From: Bacteroidales bacterium
GTDB taxonomy: Bacteria > Bacteroidota > Bacteroidia > Bacteroidales > VadinHA17
DNA length: 64,000 nt
NCBI GenBank assembly: GCA_035297425.1
Contig: DATGYZ010000007.1
Coordinates: 19,330 to 83,329 of the forward strand
Direction: 5' to 3'
Positions within the stretch are counted from its first letter, which is position 1, and each line of letters opens with the position of its first letter. Positions 27,168-35,990 of the stretch are shown piece by piece. Both the position numbers and the translations under genes were made by a program. The notes below the pieces were generated by a model, which saw nothing but the letters and a program-made list of their open reading frames with translations, made no database searches and was not told where the DNA came from.

Positions 27168-28631
27168 TTACTTTTCAAGGTAAACATTGGCTTTTATCAG
27201 CTCAGAATGTAAAACTTCATATTGCAACGCCCTCGTAGACAGGTTGGCTGCTGCACACAAAGCTGCTGCAGTGCCTGCTGCCTGTCCCTGTCCCATACAA
27301 CTTACTGTATTCCTGGTTGACATATGTGCTTCGTGATCGGTTGTGATCAGCATACCTGCAGCAAGTAGATTGTCAATACCTTTAACTCTTAATGCTTTAT
27401 ATGGGATTCCGTAAGTGCCACCATTTGCAATCTTATATCTTGGAGCCGAATCATGAAATCCATAAGCCATGATGTCATCCTCAAAATGCCTGCCTCCTAT
27501 AACATCTTCAAGCGGAATATCGTAGTCGCAGGCAATTGTTCTTCCACGGCGTATATTTAATGACGGGCTCGTACGGGAGATAAATGCATTTTCACAGCCG
27601 GGAAGGTACTTTTTGAACAGCTCAAGGGTCTTGAACTGGTTTTGCCTTATAAGAAGCTCGGCTTTCGCTACCTCATCACGGTTTGTGGGACTGGTGCTCA
27701 TCTTGTAGTTAACCTTGATGAACATCATGTAATTATCATGGACGGTTGTCGTTATCAATCCCGACCCAAGCTTAACAATACCATCCACAAACTCTCTTGG
27801 CAGCTTGTCGCGTATAACACCACCACTCTCGCTTCCCATCCTTATAATCTGACCTTCTTTCCCATCCCTGAGACCGAAGGTAAGATCTCCGACAGCATTA
27901 TTCCTGGTAAGATATGTAAAGAGTTTTTCAAGGTTCACGTTTGCAATACCCATGCTGTTACAAACTGAATAATCATTCATCTCTATGAATTCTGCACCTG
28001 ACCAGGCAGAAAGATCGCCATATGCAGTGCAGTCGATAAAACATTTGCCGGTGAATAGCTCACGACCCATCCTGCTTTGTGTAACCACTCCCTGTATCCT
28101 TGAGCCCTTCCGGGATGCTCCTGCAACGAGTGTGTTGACAAATATATTCACTCCTGCTTCTGACAGCATTTCAAAAACTACAAGCTTGTACAATTCAGTA
28201 TCGATTGCAGTACAAACCGAGTCATAATCAGCATGCAAGGTTGCCTCTGCATGTCCTGATGTACCACCGATCAACAGTAACCTGTCGATAATTTCCTGCG
28301 GAATTCCCTTGACTACCTGTCGCTTTTCAACACCCGGGAAAGCTTTCCAAAGGTTGAAAAAACTATGCAGTGCAGTTCCACCTTCCACAACAGTTCCCCC
28401 CGGGTATCCCTTTGCTTCAATCAAAGCTGTTTTTGCTCCTGTCCGGGCTGCAGCTATTGCAGCAACAGCACCTGCTGTGCCACCACCTGCCACAACAACA
28501 TCAAATTCCCTCACAGGAAGATTCTTTACATTCTCCTGGGAACTATCAGATGTTTCAGCAGCCATATTCAGACTTGAGGAACCGATGACACCTGCCATCA
28601 GCACGTTTTTTGAAAATTTTCTTCTGTCCAT
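27168..28631 (-). CDS. FAD-dependent oxidoreductase with Tat signal
   Basis: Tat motif DRRKFSKNVLMAG. Dinucleotide fold VVVAGGGTAGAVAAIAAAR. Confidence 0.7.
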   Translation of the reverse strand: MDRRKFSKNVLMAGVIGSSSLNMAAETSDSSQENVKNLPVREFDVVVAGGGTAGAVAAIAAARTGAKTALIEAKGYPGGTVVEGGTALHSFFNLWKAFPGVEKRQVVKGIPQEIIDRLLLIGGTSGHAEATLHADYDSVCTAIDTELYKLVVFEMLSEAGVNIFVNTLVAGASRKGSRIQGVVTQSRMGRELFTGKCFIDCTAYGDLSAWSGAEFIEMNDYSVCNSMGIANVNLEKLFTYLTRNNAVGDLTFGLRDGKEGQIIRMGSESGGVIRDKLPREFVDGIVKLGSGLITTTVHDNYMMFIKVNYKMSTSPTNRDEVAKAELLIRQNQFKTLELFKKYLPGCENAFISRTSPSLNIRRGRTIACDYDIPLEDVIGGRHFEDDIMAYGFHDSAPRYKIANGGTYGIPYKALRVKGIDNLLAAGMLITTDHEAHMSTRNTVSCMGQGQAAGTAAALCAAANLSTRALQYEVLHSELIKANVYLEK

Positions 28632-28841
28632 TTCCTTTGGGATATTATTACCTGGTAAATTTATTCCAATATAATAATTTGCCTGCAGATTTTAATTTTT
28701 AACATAAAAACAACGTGGGGTCATTCGTCGAAGCGTCATTCGGTAAGGTCTTATGGGTCATGTATACCACCTTACAAAATTAAATGTTATAACCTATACA
28801 TAAGAATTTTACCATTAAAGCATACTGGACCTCTATAGATT

Positions 28842-28870
28842 AAAAAAAAACCCTGCTGGAATGCAGGGTT
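28842..28870 (-). terminator. rho-independent terminator (minus strand)
   Basis: aaaaaaaaa-ccctgc-tggaa-tgcaggg on the plus strand gives a hairpin plus U-run on the minus strand, 28 bp after the stop of 28898-29899. Confidence 0.65.
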
Positions 28871-28897
28871 TATTCAGGTATAAAAACTAACAGATAC

Positions 28898-29899
28898 TCA
28901 GACCTTGTCGGAATCGGTTATATTTTCATCATCTATGTTCTCTATGTCAATTTCAGTTTTCCTTGCCCTTTCACGAACGGTTTCCTTGCGTTCCCGGACT
29001 TCTTTGCCTACTCTTACTTCTTCCACCACCCTTGAACGTTTTGAAACAACAGGCTCCTCTCCATAAGCATGAACTTCGACGGTCTCATCACTGAGATTGT
29101 CAAGATCAGCATCTGTTGCATCCCTGTCAACTGGTGTTCTTTCAACCCTGATATGCTCTTCTCTCAGCCGGAGTGTTTCTTCAACAGGTCTGGATATAAT
29201 CCTGCTCCGTACCCTAACTCCGCCACGCCTCACTTGTCTTTTGCCAACATTCACCTCTTCATCAATAACCGGTATTGATGCTTCTGATGTATTATCGATA
29301 TCTCCTTCATCAGTAAAACGCCTGCGGTCATCATCAATATCCCCAACATGCGAAAGATCACTGTCAAGATCAGTATCATCCCTCAGGTCCATATCATCTT
29401 CTGAAGAAATGTCACTGTTCAGATCATCGTTTACATCAATCTGTCGATGATAATTTTTCTGTGGCCTGGTAGAATCAAAATCTGCTTCCTCAAGATCCCT
29501 CCTGCCAAAATCATCGCGTGAACTACTGAAATCTGAATCAGTTAGCCTTCCTTCATTACCTGAATAATCGTCGCCATTATCAATGTCGATTGCCCCGCAA
29601 CTATCGAGTACATCAGCTGCTCTTTCGGCCTCGTCATGATCAGATGCGTGAACAGTTACCATTGAGTTATTCCCGGCAAATTTTGAATACCTTTCGGCAT
29701 CTTCATCATTATCCGAGAAAAGGGATTTGAAAAAATTTCCGATTTTGCTGCTTTTCTCATCATCATTGCTTGAGTTTTTTTCACCTCTGTTTGTCATGAC
29801 ATCAACATTATCAATGTCAAAACCCCTGTCCCTGAGAGTATCCGCTGCCCTGAACGCATCAGCGGAATTCCTGAAAAATCCTATTACTGTTTGTGTCAT
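28898..29899 (-). CDS. stress-response protein: GSP17M-like N-domain, hyperacidic linker, YsnF/AvaK (DUF2382) domain
   Basis: N-terminus VIGFFRNSADAFRAADTLRDRGF. C-terminus IPVIDEEVNVGKRQV...LREEHIRVERTPV...EEVRVGKE, the DUF2382 pattern. Confidence 0.6.
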   Translation of the reverse strand: MTQTVIGFFRNSADAFRAADTLRDRGFDIDNVDVMTNRGEKNSSNDDEKSSKIGNFFKSLFSDNDEDAERYSKFAGNNSMVTVHASDHDEAERAADVLDSCGAIDIDNGDDYSGNEGRLTDSDFSSSRDDFGRRDLEEADFDSTRPQKNYHRQIDVNDDLNSDISSEDDMDLRDDTDLDSDLSHVGDIDDDRRRFTDEGDIDNTSEASIPVIDEEVNVGKRQVRRGGVRVRSRIISRPVEETLRLREEHIRVERTPVDRDATDADLDNLSDETVEVHAYGEEPVVSKRSRVVEEVRVGKEVRERKETVRERARKTEIDIENIDDENITDSDKV

Positions 29900-29923
29900 A
29901 TATTCTGATCTTATTGGTTAATA

Positions 29924-30331
29924 CTACTCTTCCTTTCTTTCTATTGTAACTTCCTCTTTCTTCAACATGATGTCTTCATTAACGGTGGATCCGATTACAA
30001 CTTTTTTCAGTCGGATCTCCTCTGTTAAAAGCAGCCTTTTTACGATAACTTCTTTCATGACAGGTATTATTATAATGTCATCCTCCTGTCTTATTGAGGG
30101 TCTTGATTCAACGAATTCATTCATGGCAACCCTTTCAATCTCATAATGCTCACTAATAGCAGGAATACTTATTGGGATTATCTCTTCGATTACCTTTTTG
30201 GAAACAATTACAGTTTCTTTATTGACAAGTTTCGTCTCAATATCTGCAAATTCTTCAATAACAGGTATAACCTTTTCAGCTTCAAAACTTTTATCTGAGG
30301 TCACCCTGTCTTTTGAATTTTTGATTTCCAT
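29924..30331 (-). CDS. YsnF/AvaK (DUF2382) domain protein
   Basis: IPVIEEFADIETKLV and IPVMKEVIVKRLLLTEEIRLKK repeat the DUF2382 half-motifs. Lies 24 bp upstream of the previous gene. Confidence 0.5.
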   Translation of the reverse strand: MEIKNSKDRVTSDKSFEAEKVIPVIEEFADIETKLVNKETVIVSKKVIEEIIPISIPAISEHYEIERVAMNEFVESRPSIRQEDDIIIIPVMKEVIVKRLLLTEEIRLKKVVIGSTVNEDIMLKKEEVTIERKEE

Positions 30332-30517
30332 ATTGTACCTCCGGCTCTTTCACATCATCCTACCAATACGAACAAGCCCTTCAATTCATTGTTTTTTGCT
30401 TTTTGATCAATGCCTGAATTGAGACTACTAAGAGGCAATTATTCAGGATGGTGTACTTACAAATCATGATCAGACACAGCTTCCTCCAAAAAATTATCAT
30501 ACGGTCTGTAATATTTC

Positions 30518-30525
30518 TACTTTTG
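30518..30525 (+). promoter_or_regulatory. candidate -7 box TACTTTTG
   Basis: TAnnTTTG 31 bp upstream of ATG 30556. Because it lies inside the longer ORF-track reading frame, it supports the shorter start. Confidence 0.35.
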
Positions 30526-30555
30526 CGGAGTAAGTTCAACCCTAAACCAAAAGAA

Positions 30556-31797
30556 ATGAGGAGATATTTATGGGCGGCCATTTTGCTGGTATCCATATTT
30601 CAGGATGGAAAATGTCAGCAAGCAGATAAAAATGACTGGGGAGTAAAACCATCAGGATTTGTTAAAACAGACTTTTTTTACGATACAAGGCAATCGTCGG
30701 CCTCTAACGGATTACGGGAAGGTCATTTCTATCTTTATCCTGATAATATTTTACCTGACTTTGAAGGAAAGGACTTAAATGCAAATCCTTCATTTCATAT
30801 GCTCAGCCTGCAGTCGAGACTTAGAGGTGAGATAACTGCACCTGATGCGTTTGGCGCAAAGACTACCGGAGCAATTGAGGCAGAGTTTTTCGGTACCAGT
30901 GAATCAGATCTGAATGGATTCAGGCTCAGGCATGCATTTGTAAAGCTCGACTGGTCCAGGTTTTCACTGATGGTCGGGCAAAACTGGCATCCGCTCTTTC
31001 CGGCAGAAAGCTTTCCGGGGACAATAAGCTTCAATACGGGAGCACCCTTTGTTCCTTTCAGTCGCAATCCGCAGGCCAGGCTTTCATATAAGGCCGGACC
31101 GGCAACACTGCAGTTTACACTCTATTCACAACGCGATTTCACCTCTACCGGAGTTGATGGCGCCAGCAGCAAATATCTTCGTAACAGCGGATTGCCAGGA
31201 TCTGATTTCCAGGTAAAAATACCTGTTAATGATGCACTTACGGTATGGGGAGGGATTGATTATAAAAAGCTCAGGCCCGAAATTAAGACAGCAACCAATT
31301 TTGAAACAGAATCAGCAATCGGTTCAATAGCTGTATTTTCTACCCTGAAAGCTAAAACCAGACTATTGAATGTAAGTATGATGGGTAGCTATGTTCAGAA
31401 CGGGACTGATCTGATGATGCTTGGAGGATATGCGGTTTCAGAAATAACAGACCTTTTAAGACAGGAAAAAAAGTACGTAACTCTGAATTCAGCAAATGTA
31501 TGGATTGACATTGCGACAAATGGAAGCATTGTTTCAGCAGGAGTGTTTGCAGGATACAGCTCGAATCTTGGCTCATCATCCATGATCTCCGGGCAGGTAT
31601 ATTCGAGAGGCAGCAACATTGACCATCTGTACCGCATCTCTCCCAGGGTCATATTTACAAGCGGGAAAGTAAGCTTTGCATCTGAAGCTGAAATAACAAC
31701 TGCTGCTTATGGATCAATGATGCAGGATGGAACTGTCAGTAATAGCAGCAATGTTACAAATATCAGAATGCTTCTGAGCTCCATACTCAGATTCTGA
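30556..31797 (+). CDS. outer-membrane beta-barrel porin-like protein
   Basis: Start moved to MRRYLWAAILLVSIF (signal peptide). Alternating amphipathic strands and a C-terminal Phe (ILRF). Confidence 0.5.
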   Translation: MRRYLWAAILLVSIFQDGKCQQADKNDWGVKPSGFVKTDFFYDTRQSSASNGLREGHFYLYPDNILPDFEGKDLNANPSFHMLSLQSRLRGEITAPDAFGAKTTGAIEAEFFGTSESDLNGFRLRHAFVKLDWSRFSLMVGQNWHPLFPAESFPGTISFNTGAPFVPFSRNPQARLSYKAGPATLQFTLYSQRDFTSTGVDGASSKYLRNSGLPGSDFQVKIPVNDALTVWGGIDYKKLRPEIKTATNFETESAIGSIAVFSTLKAKTRLLNVSMMGSYVQNGTDLMMLGGYAVSEITDLLRQEKKYVTLNSANVWIDIATNGSIVSAGVFAGYSSNLGSSSMISGQVYSRGSNIDHLYRISPRVIFTSGKVSFASEAEITTAAYGSMMQDGTVSNSSNVTNIRMLLSSILRF

Positions 31798-31852
31798 TTT
31801 CAGATTCTAAAATAAATATCTATTGCTTAAATTAGACGAGAATTAAGAATCT

Positions 31853-33370
31853 ATGCAAAAAATCAAATACCTCGGGCTGCTGATATTGCCACTTATGTTC
31901 CTTGTTAACGTTTTCTGGAACAATAAAACAGAGTTTGAGCAGGATCCGAATTACATGTACATGTTCAATGCACTTAACCTGACAACTCATCCCGGAAGCA
32001 TTGCCACTTATACCCAGGGGACAACAGCAGTCGAGATATCTGCGGTGATCATGAGGGTCCATCACATGTTCAGGAACACCGATGACAGCTTTACCGATGA
32101 TGTTCTTAAGAACCCGCAATTATATATCATGTTTGTAGTTAGGACAATGGTTGTCCTGATCTGTATACTGCTCTTTGCATCAGGCTTCTTTATAGCAAAA
32201 TTGACGGATGAGATCATTTTTGGAATACTTTTCCAGTCATTCCCTGTGTTTTCCGGAACAGTCATGCCGTGGGCCCTGGAATCTTTTGCAGCTGAGCCTG
32301 TGATCCTTGCCTGTGTATCATGTTTTGTATTGTTAATTCTCTGGAGATTTTATTTCGGAAAATCATCCGGCCACGTGGTTATTTTCAGGAGAAAAGAGAC
32401 TGAAATATCAGTAGATAAATTTTCTGTTTTATCCGGTGTCCTGATGGGTTTTTGCCTTGCAACAAAGGTCAATACTTTCTCACTGCTCCTGCTTCCTGTA
32501 ATACTTCTGCCTGAATATCGTGACAAAATCACATTCCTGGCAGTAAGCTGCCTTTCATATATTTTCTTCACTCTCCCTGTTGCTTACCTGTATAAGCTCA
32601 CTGCGGCGTGGTATCTACAGGTTTTCATTCATTCTGGAATATATGGAGGCGGAAGTGCAAACATAGTCGATTTCGCATCTCTTGCAGAGAATCTCAGGGT
32701 GTTCCTCAAAAGTGAAACGATCATCGTCTTTGTCATATCACTTTCGGTAATATTTTTGCTTATCCGGGTTGTACTCAGGAAATATGATAATGATTTTAAA
32801 TTGCTTCTTCTCTTCCTGCTTGTCCAGGTTATAGCTATCCTTGCTGTTCTGAAACATTTCTACCTGTATTACCTGATGCCGGTTGTACCCACTCTTGCAG
32901 TCAATATCTTCCTGATACTTCGATCCGCCAGGCTGCCATATGCAGTCAGGGTGTTGTCAGTTGCGGCAGTGATAATTGCAGGATTTTCAATGAATGGTGA
33001 TTTTAATATCCGCAAGACAAATTTCTACAGTACTGATGAACCCTCAGATGGTATAAACATATATTCATACCAGAGCGATTCACCGTTATATGCTTTAAAG
33101 CTTGGAGATGATGCTTCAAGAAATGCCAACTCCGAAAAGCTTAAAGAACTATATGGTGATCATTACTTCTATGACATCTGGAATAAGATCATAATAACAT
33201 GGACAGACACCATCAGTATTGAAGAATTGTCAGGAAGCAAGATCTATCTGCATGCTCTCGATGAGTATATGAAGGAATTGCCGCCTCCTTTCGGGATTGA
33301 GTACCTTGAGAAAGGATTATATCTTGTCAAAGCACCAGGCAGCAACAGCATTGCAACAAGTGAGGAATAA
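31853..33370 (+). CDS. polytopic membrane protein, possibly GT-C-fold (ArnT/PMT-like) glycosyltransferase
   Basis: At least 9 hydrophobic segments, an acidic first loop (EFEQDPNYMY), and a soluble C-terminal roughly 130 aa. The function call is weak. Confidence 0.3.
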   Translation: MQKIKYLGLLILPLMFLVNVFWNNKTEFEQDPNYMYMFNALNLTTHPGSIATYTQGTTAVEISAVIMRVHHMFRNTDDSFTDDVLKNPQLYIMFVVRTMVVLICILLFASGFFIAKLTDEIIFGILFQSFPVFSGTVMPWALESFAAEPVILACVSCFVLLILWRFYFGKSSGHVVIFRRKETEISVDKFSVLSGVLMGFCLATKVNTFSLLLLPVILLPEYRDKITFLAVSCLSYIFFTLPVAYLYKLTAAWYLQVFIHSGIYGGGSANIVDFASLAENLRVFLKSETIIVFVISLSVIFLLIRVVLRKYDNDFKLLLLFLLVQVIAILAVLKHFYLYYLMPVVPTLAVNIFLILRSARLPYAVRVLSVAAVIIAGFSMNGDFNIRKTNFYSTDEPSDGINIYSYQSDSPLYALKLGDDASRNANSEKLKELYGDHYFYDIWNKIIITWTDTISIEELSGSKIYLHALDEYMKELPPPFGIEYLEKGLYLVKAPGSNSIATSEE

Positions 33371-33372
33371 AA

Positions 33373-33406
33373 TTCAGCCGCTCCTTTCTTAAAAGTTCCG
33401 GCTGAA
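33373..33406. terminator. hairpin between convergent genes
   Basis: ttcagccg-(18 nt)-cggctgaa. The loop is long and there is no strong U-run. Confidence 0.25.
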
Positions 33407-33421
33407 CCAGAACTGTTACAA

Positions 33422-34201
33422 TCAATAATTTACCCCCGCTTCCCTGAATGTGGCATTCTTAAACATGTCAGTCTCAGGAATCATAATCTGGTATGCAGAC
33501 TTGATATCATAACTGAGGTCGAGCGAGCGGGCTTTAAATTCCATGAGGTGGCCGCCTATACTGTGATCCTCAGCCAGGAAATGAAGGTGAAAACCCTGGG
33601 TATTTATATCTCCGATAAAAGAAGGGCACCAGAATCCGATAAGTGTACCTTTTACATTATTTTTTTCATATACCGGCCTTGTTGCAAGAATTTCATTGAG
33701 AGATTTATCATAGGGCTTTTCCTGTGCACTTGCACCTCCGCATTTTATATAATCAAATTCACCCCTGATCCGGAAGGCATAAAACAGGTTTTTTGAAGGT
33801 ATCCTTCTGTCAACAAAGCTTTTCAGGGCATTATAATCGCATTCACCATTGAGCTTTAGAGTGTCATCCTCGCTATAGTTTGTAACAACCGAATAAGGAA
33901 TCAGAGTTTGATCGGAAGGTTCCACAATTGTTCCATCCTTTGCGACCCTGTACACAACCTTATCAAGCACGATCATTTCTCCATCCATTGTGTTAAATGT
34001 TCCAAGGCCGAAATCACCATGTTTTTTAAGCTCCGAAATCTTCATATCGCCTTCAAGCACACCATTATCGAGAGCTTTCAGAACAGAATAATGATAAATC
34101 ATATCAGGTTTCTGGTCAGTTGATGAAGTACTCTCCTTTTGCTCAGCGGCACATCCGGCCAGGAGCAGGAATGATAAAGAAAATAATAACGACTTCTTCA
34201 T
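33422..34201 (-). CDS. budA: alpha-acetolactate decarboxylase with lipoprotein signal
   Basis: YHYSVLKALDNGVLEGDMKISELKKHGDFGLGTFNTMDGEMIVLD matches the ALDC N-terminal signature. Lipobox LLLAGCAA. Confidence 0.8.
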   Translation of the reverse strand: MKKSLLFSLSFLLLAGCAAEQKESTSSTDQKPDMIYHYSVLKALDNGVLEGDMKISELKKHGDFGLGTFNTMDGEMIVLDKVVYRVAKDGTIVEPSDQTLIPYSVVTNYSEDDTLKLNGECDYNALKSFVDRRIPSKNLFYAFRIRGEFDYIKCGGASAQEKPYDKSLNEILATRPVYEKNNVKGTLIGFWCPSFIGDINTQGFHLHFLAEDHSIGGHLMEFKARSLDLSYDIKSAYQIMIPETDMFKNATFREAGVNY

Positions 34202-34303
34202 GTCAAAATTTTTAGAACATTTATGCAGCCATGAATATATAAATAAATTAAAATATTACTCCGGAATATGACTGGAGCCAGGGAAATTCTTTCCCCGGAT
34301 AAT

Positions 34304-34780
34304 TCAATAATCAAGAGTAAGGATCCTTCCTTGTGTAAAGTTGAAGAATTTGTCCTTCTCTGCAGTCTGCACTCCATCAATCAGGTCATCGGGTCCGAAA
34401 CCTGCAATTTTCAGGCATGCAGGACAGGCGTAAACTCCCACATTTTTTTCCTGCAGCATTTTAATATACGTGTGAGCCGATTCAAAATCTGCATACTGTA
34501 TGTCCTTCGCTTCCTTAACCAGGAATTCAACAGCATGGATGTCAAGGTAGACAATTACATCTTTGTCCTCCGCCATTAATGTTGCCATTTTAAGCGGCAT
34601 CAGTACCCTGTGTGGATCATCATAACTCTGTGTAATATGAATAAAAACACCATCCTTTATTACCTGTGTGGCCTCGTTTTTTGGTTTCGGAAATGTATTA
34701 TCCGCGTTTTCGGGAACATTATTTTTGCAGCCTGAGATAATTAATATTAATGCAAGCGAAAATAATAATGTTGCTTTCAT
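34304..34780 (-). CDS. DsrE/DsrF-like family lipoprotein
   Basis: Lipobox (IISGCKNN). Pattern DDPHRVLMPLKMA...VYLDIHAVEF...ACPACLKIAG. Confidence 0.45.
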   Translation of the reverse strand: MKATLLFSLALILIISGCKNNVPENADNTFPKPKNEATQVIKDGVFIHITQSYDDPHRVLMPLKMATLMAEDKDVIVYLDIHAVEFLVKEAKDIQYADFESAHTYIKMLQEKNVGVYACPACLKIAGFGPDDLIDGVQTAEKDKFFNFTQGRILTLDY

Positions 34781-34820
34781 AATTTCTTATGATTTAATTT
34801 GTAATAAATTGGGGTTCAAT

Positions 34821-34828
34821 CAAATTTA
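34821..34828 (-). promoter_or_regulatory. candidate -7 box TAAATTTG (minus strand)
   Basis: caaattta on the plus strand, 41 bp upstream of start 34780. Confidence 0.3.
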
Positions 34829-35012
34829 ATCAAAATCAATCATTTAATTAAAAATAAATCATCTGAAATTCATTCAATAACAAATAAAATAGATGGATTT
34901 ATTTTGGATAATTCACAATAAACCGGGCCTTGATAAAGATTAATAATTGAAATTTCCAATAACAGTTTGAACAAATTAATCTGAAATTAATTTATCATTA
35001 ATATTTGTGAAT

Positions 35013-35020
35013 TACATTTG
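35013..35020 (+). promoter_or_regulatory. candidate -7 box TACATTTG
   Basis: TAnnTTTG 21 bp upstream of ATG 35041. Confidence 0.35.
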
Positions 35021-35040
35021 ATAAATTAATTATCGGAATT

Positions 35041-35259
35041 ATGGCAGAAAACTCAAATGAACCAAAAAAAAGAGGCCGGAAAAAGGGCAGCACCTCTAAA
35101 GTTAAAACAGTCGGAAAACGTATTCCCCGTAATCTCGAAAGCCTGAGCTTTGAGCAATTGCAGGCTTTGAGTGTTACCGTTACCAACCTTATGAAAACTA
35201 AAAAGGATGAGCAGATCAGGTTACTCAGATCAAAGCTCGAAGAACTTGAAAAGATGTAA
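35041..35259 (+). CDS. small basic protein (72 aa) with AT-hook-like N-terminus and coiled-coil C-terminus
   Basis: EPKKRGRKKGSTSKVK followed by heptad-like LQALSVTVTNLMKTKKDEQIRLLRSKLEELEKM. It has its own -7 box and a terminator-like hairpin. Confidence 0.5.
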   Translation: MAENSNEPKKRGRKKGSTSKVKTVGKRIPRNLESLSFEQLQALSVTVTNLMKTKKDEQIRLLRSKLEELEKM

Positions 35260-35270
35260 TATCTTTTGAT

Positions 35271-35308
35271 AATCCGCAGTTTCTTTTATTCAGAAGCTGT
35301 GGATTTTT
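35271..35308 (+). terminator. terminator-like hairpin plus T-run
   Basis: aatccgcag-(17 nt)-ctgtggatt (one G-U pair) followed by tttt. The 3' arm overlaps the end of the convergent gene. Confidence 0.35.
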
Positions 35309-35972
35309 CATTTAAAGAATTCACCATATCATAGTAATGATAAATATGAAAACCAGGCACCTTTTTTTTACTGAAAGCAATCATTGAAGCTGCCAGTACA
35401 TCTGCCTGGATCGGTTTGTATTTTTCAGGAAAAAGGAATATAAGCTGCCTTGTTATTGCCTGGGCAATACTCTCAACAGTCCTGACTTCATTTCTTTTTC
35501 CAAGTAACATTGAAGGCCTGAATATGGACAGTGATTTAATTGAAGCAGCAATAACCGCACTCTCCGTTTCTCCCTTTATTTTCAGGTAGAAATTCCTGCT
35601 ATTGATGTCGGCTCCGACTGATGAAACAAGCAGGAAGGCAGGGCAGCTTGTTTCGCTGCAGAATTTGGCAGCAAAGACAGGAATATCAAAATCCACTTTC
35701 CTGTATTCGGACATATCGCCTTTGACCTTTTTCCTGGTTGTTCCTACAGTGCAGAAAACCGAATCGCTTCCGGAGATCGCCTCTTTGAAAGCCTTATAGT
35801 CCAGAAAATCAATTACAATAACACTTACTTTTACATGGTTATATTCCAGTGGGCGTCTTGATATGATCCTTATCCTGTTGAAATAATCATCGCGGATAAG
35901 AAGTTTCACCAGGTTGCTTCCGACAAGTCCGGTAGCACCAATGACAGTTGCAGTTCTTTCAATTATGGGCAT
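35286..35972 (-). CDS. NAD(P)H-binding atypical SDR-family oxidoreductase
   Basis: N-terminal Rossmann motif VIGATGLVGSNLVKLL. About 228 aa. Confidence 0.65.
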   Translation of the reverse strand: MPIIERTATVIGATGLVGSNLVKLLIRDDYFNRIRIISRRPLEYNHVKVSVIVIDFLDYKAFKEAISGSDSVFCTVGTTRKKVKGDMSEYRKVDFDIPVFAAKFCSETSCPAFLLVSSVGADINSRNFYLKIKGETESAVIAASIKSLSIFRPSMLLGKRNEVRTVESIAQAITRQLIFLFPEKYKPIQADVLAASMIAFSKKKVPGFHIYHYYDMVNSLNEKSTASE

Positions 35973-35990
35973 ATTCTGTCTGGTTAAATA

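Noticed and set aside
30448-30555. N-terminal 36-aa extension of the porin ORF
   Set aside because: The extension contains a candidate -7 promoter box and has no signal-peptide character. The internal Met at 30556 gives a canonical signal peptide.
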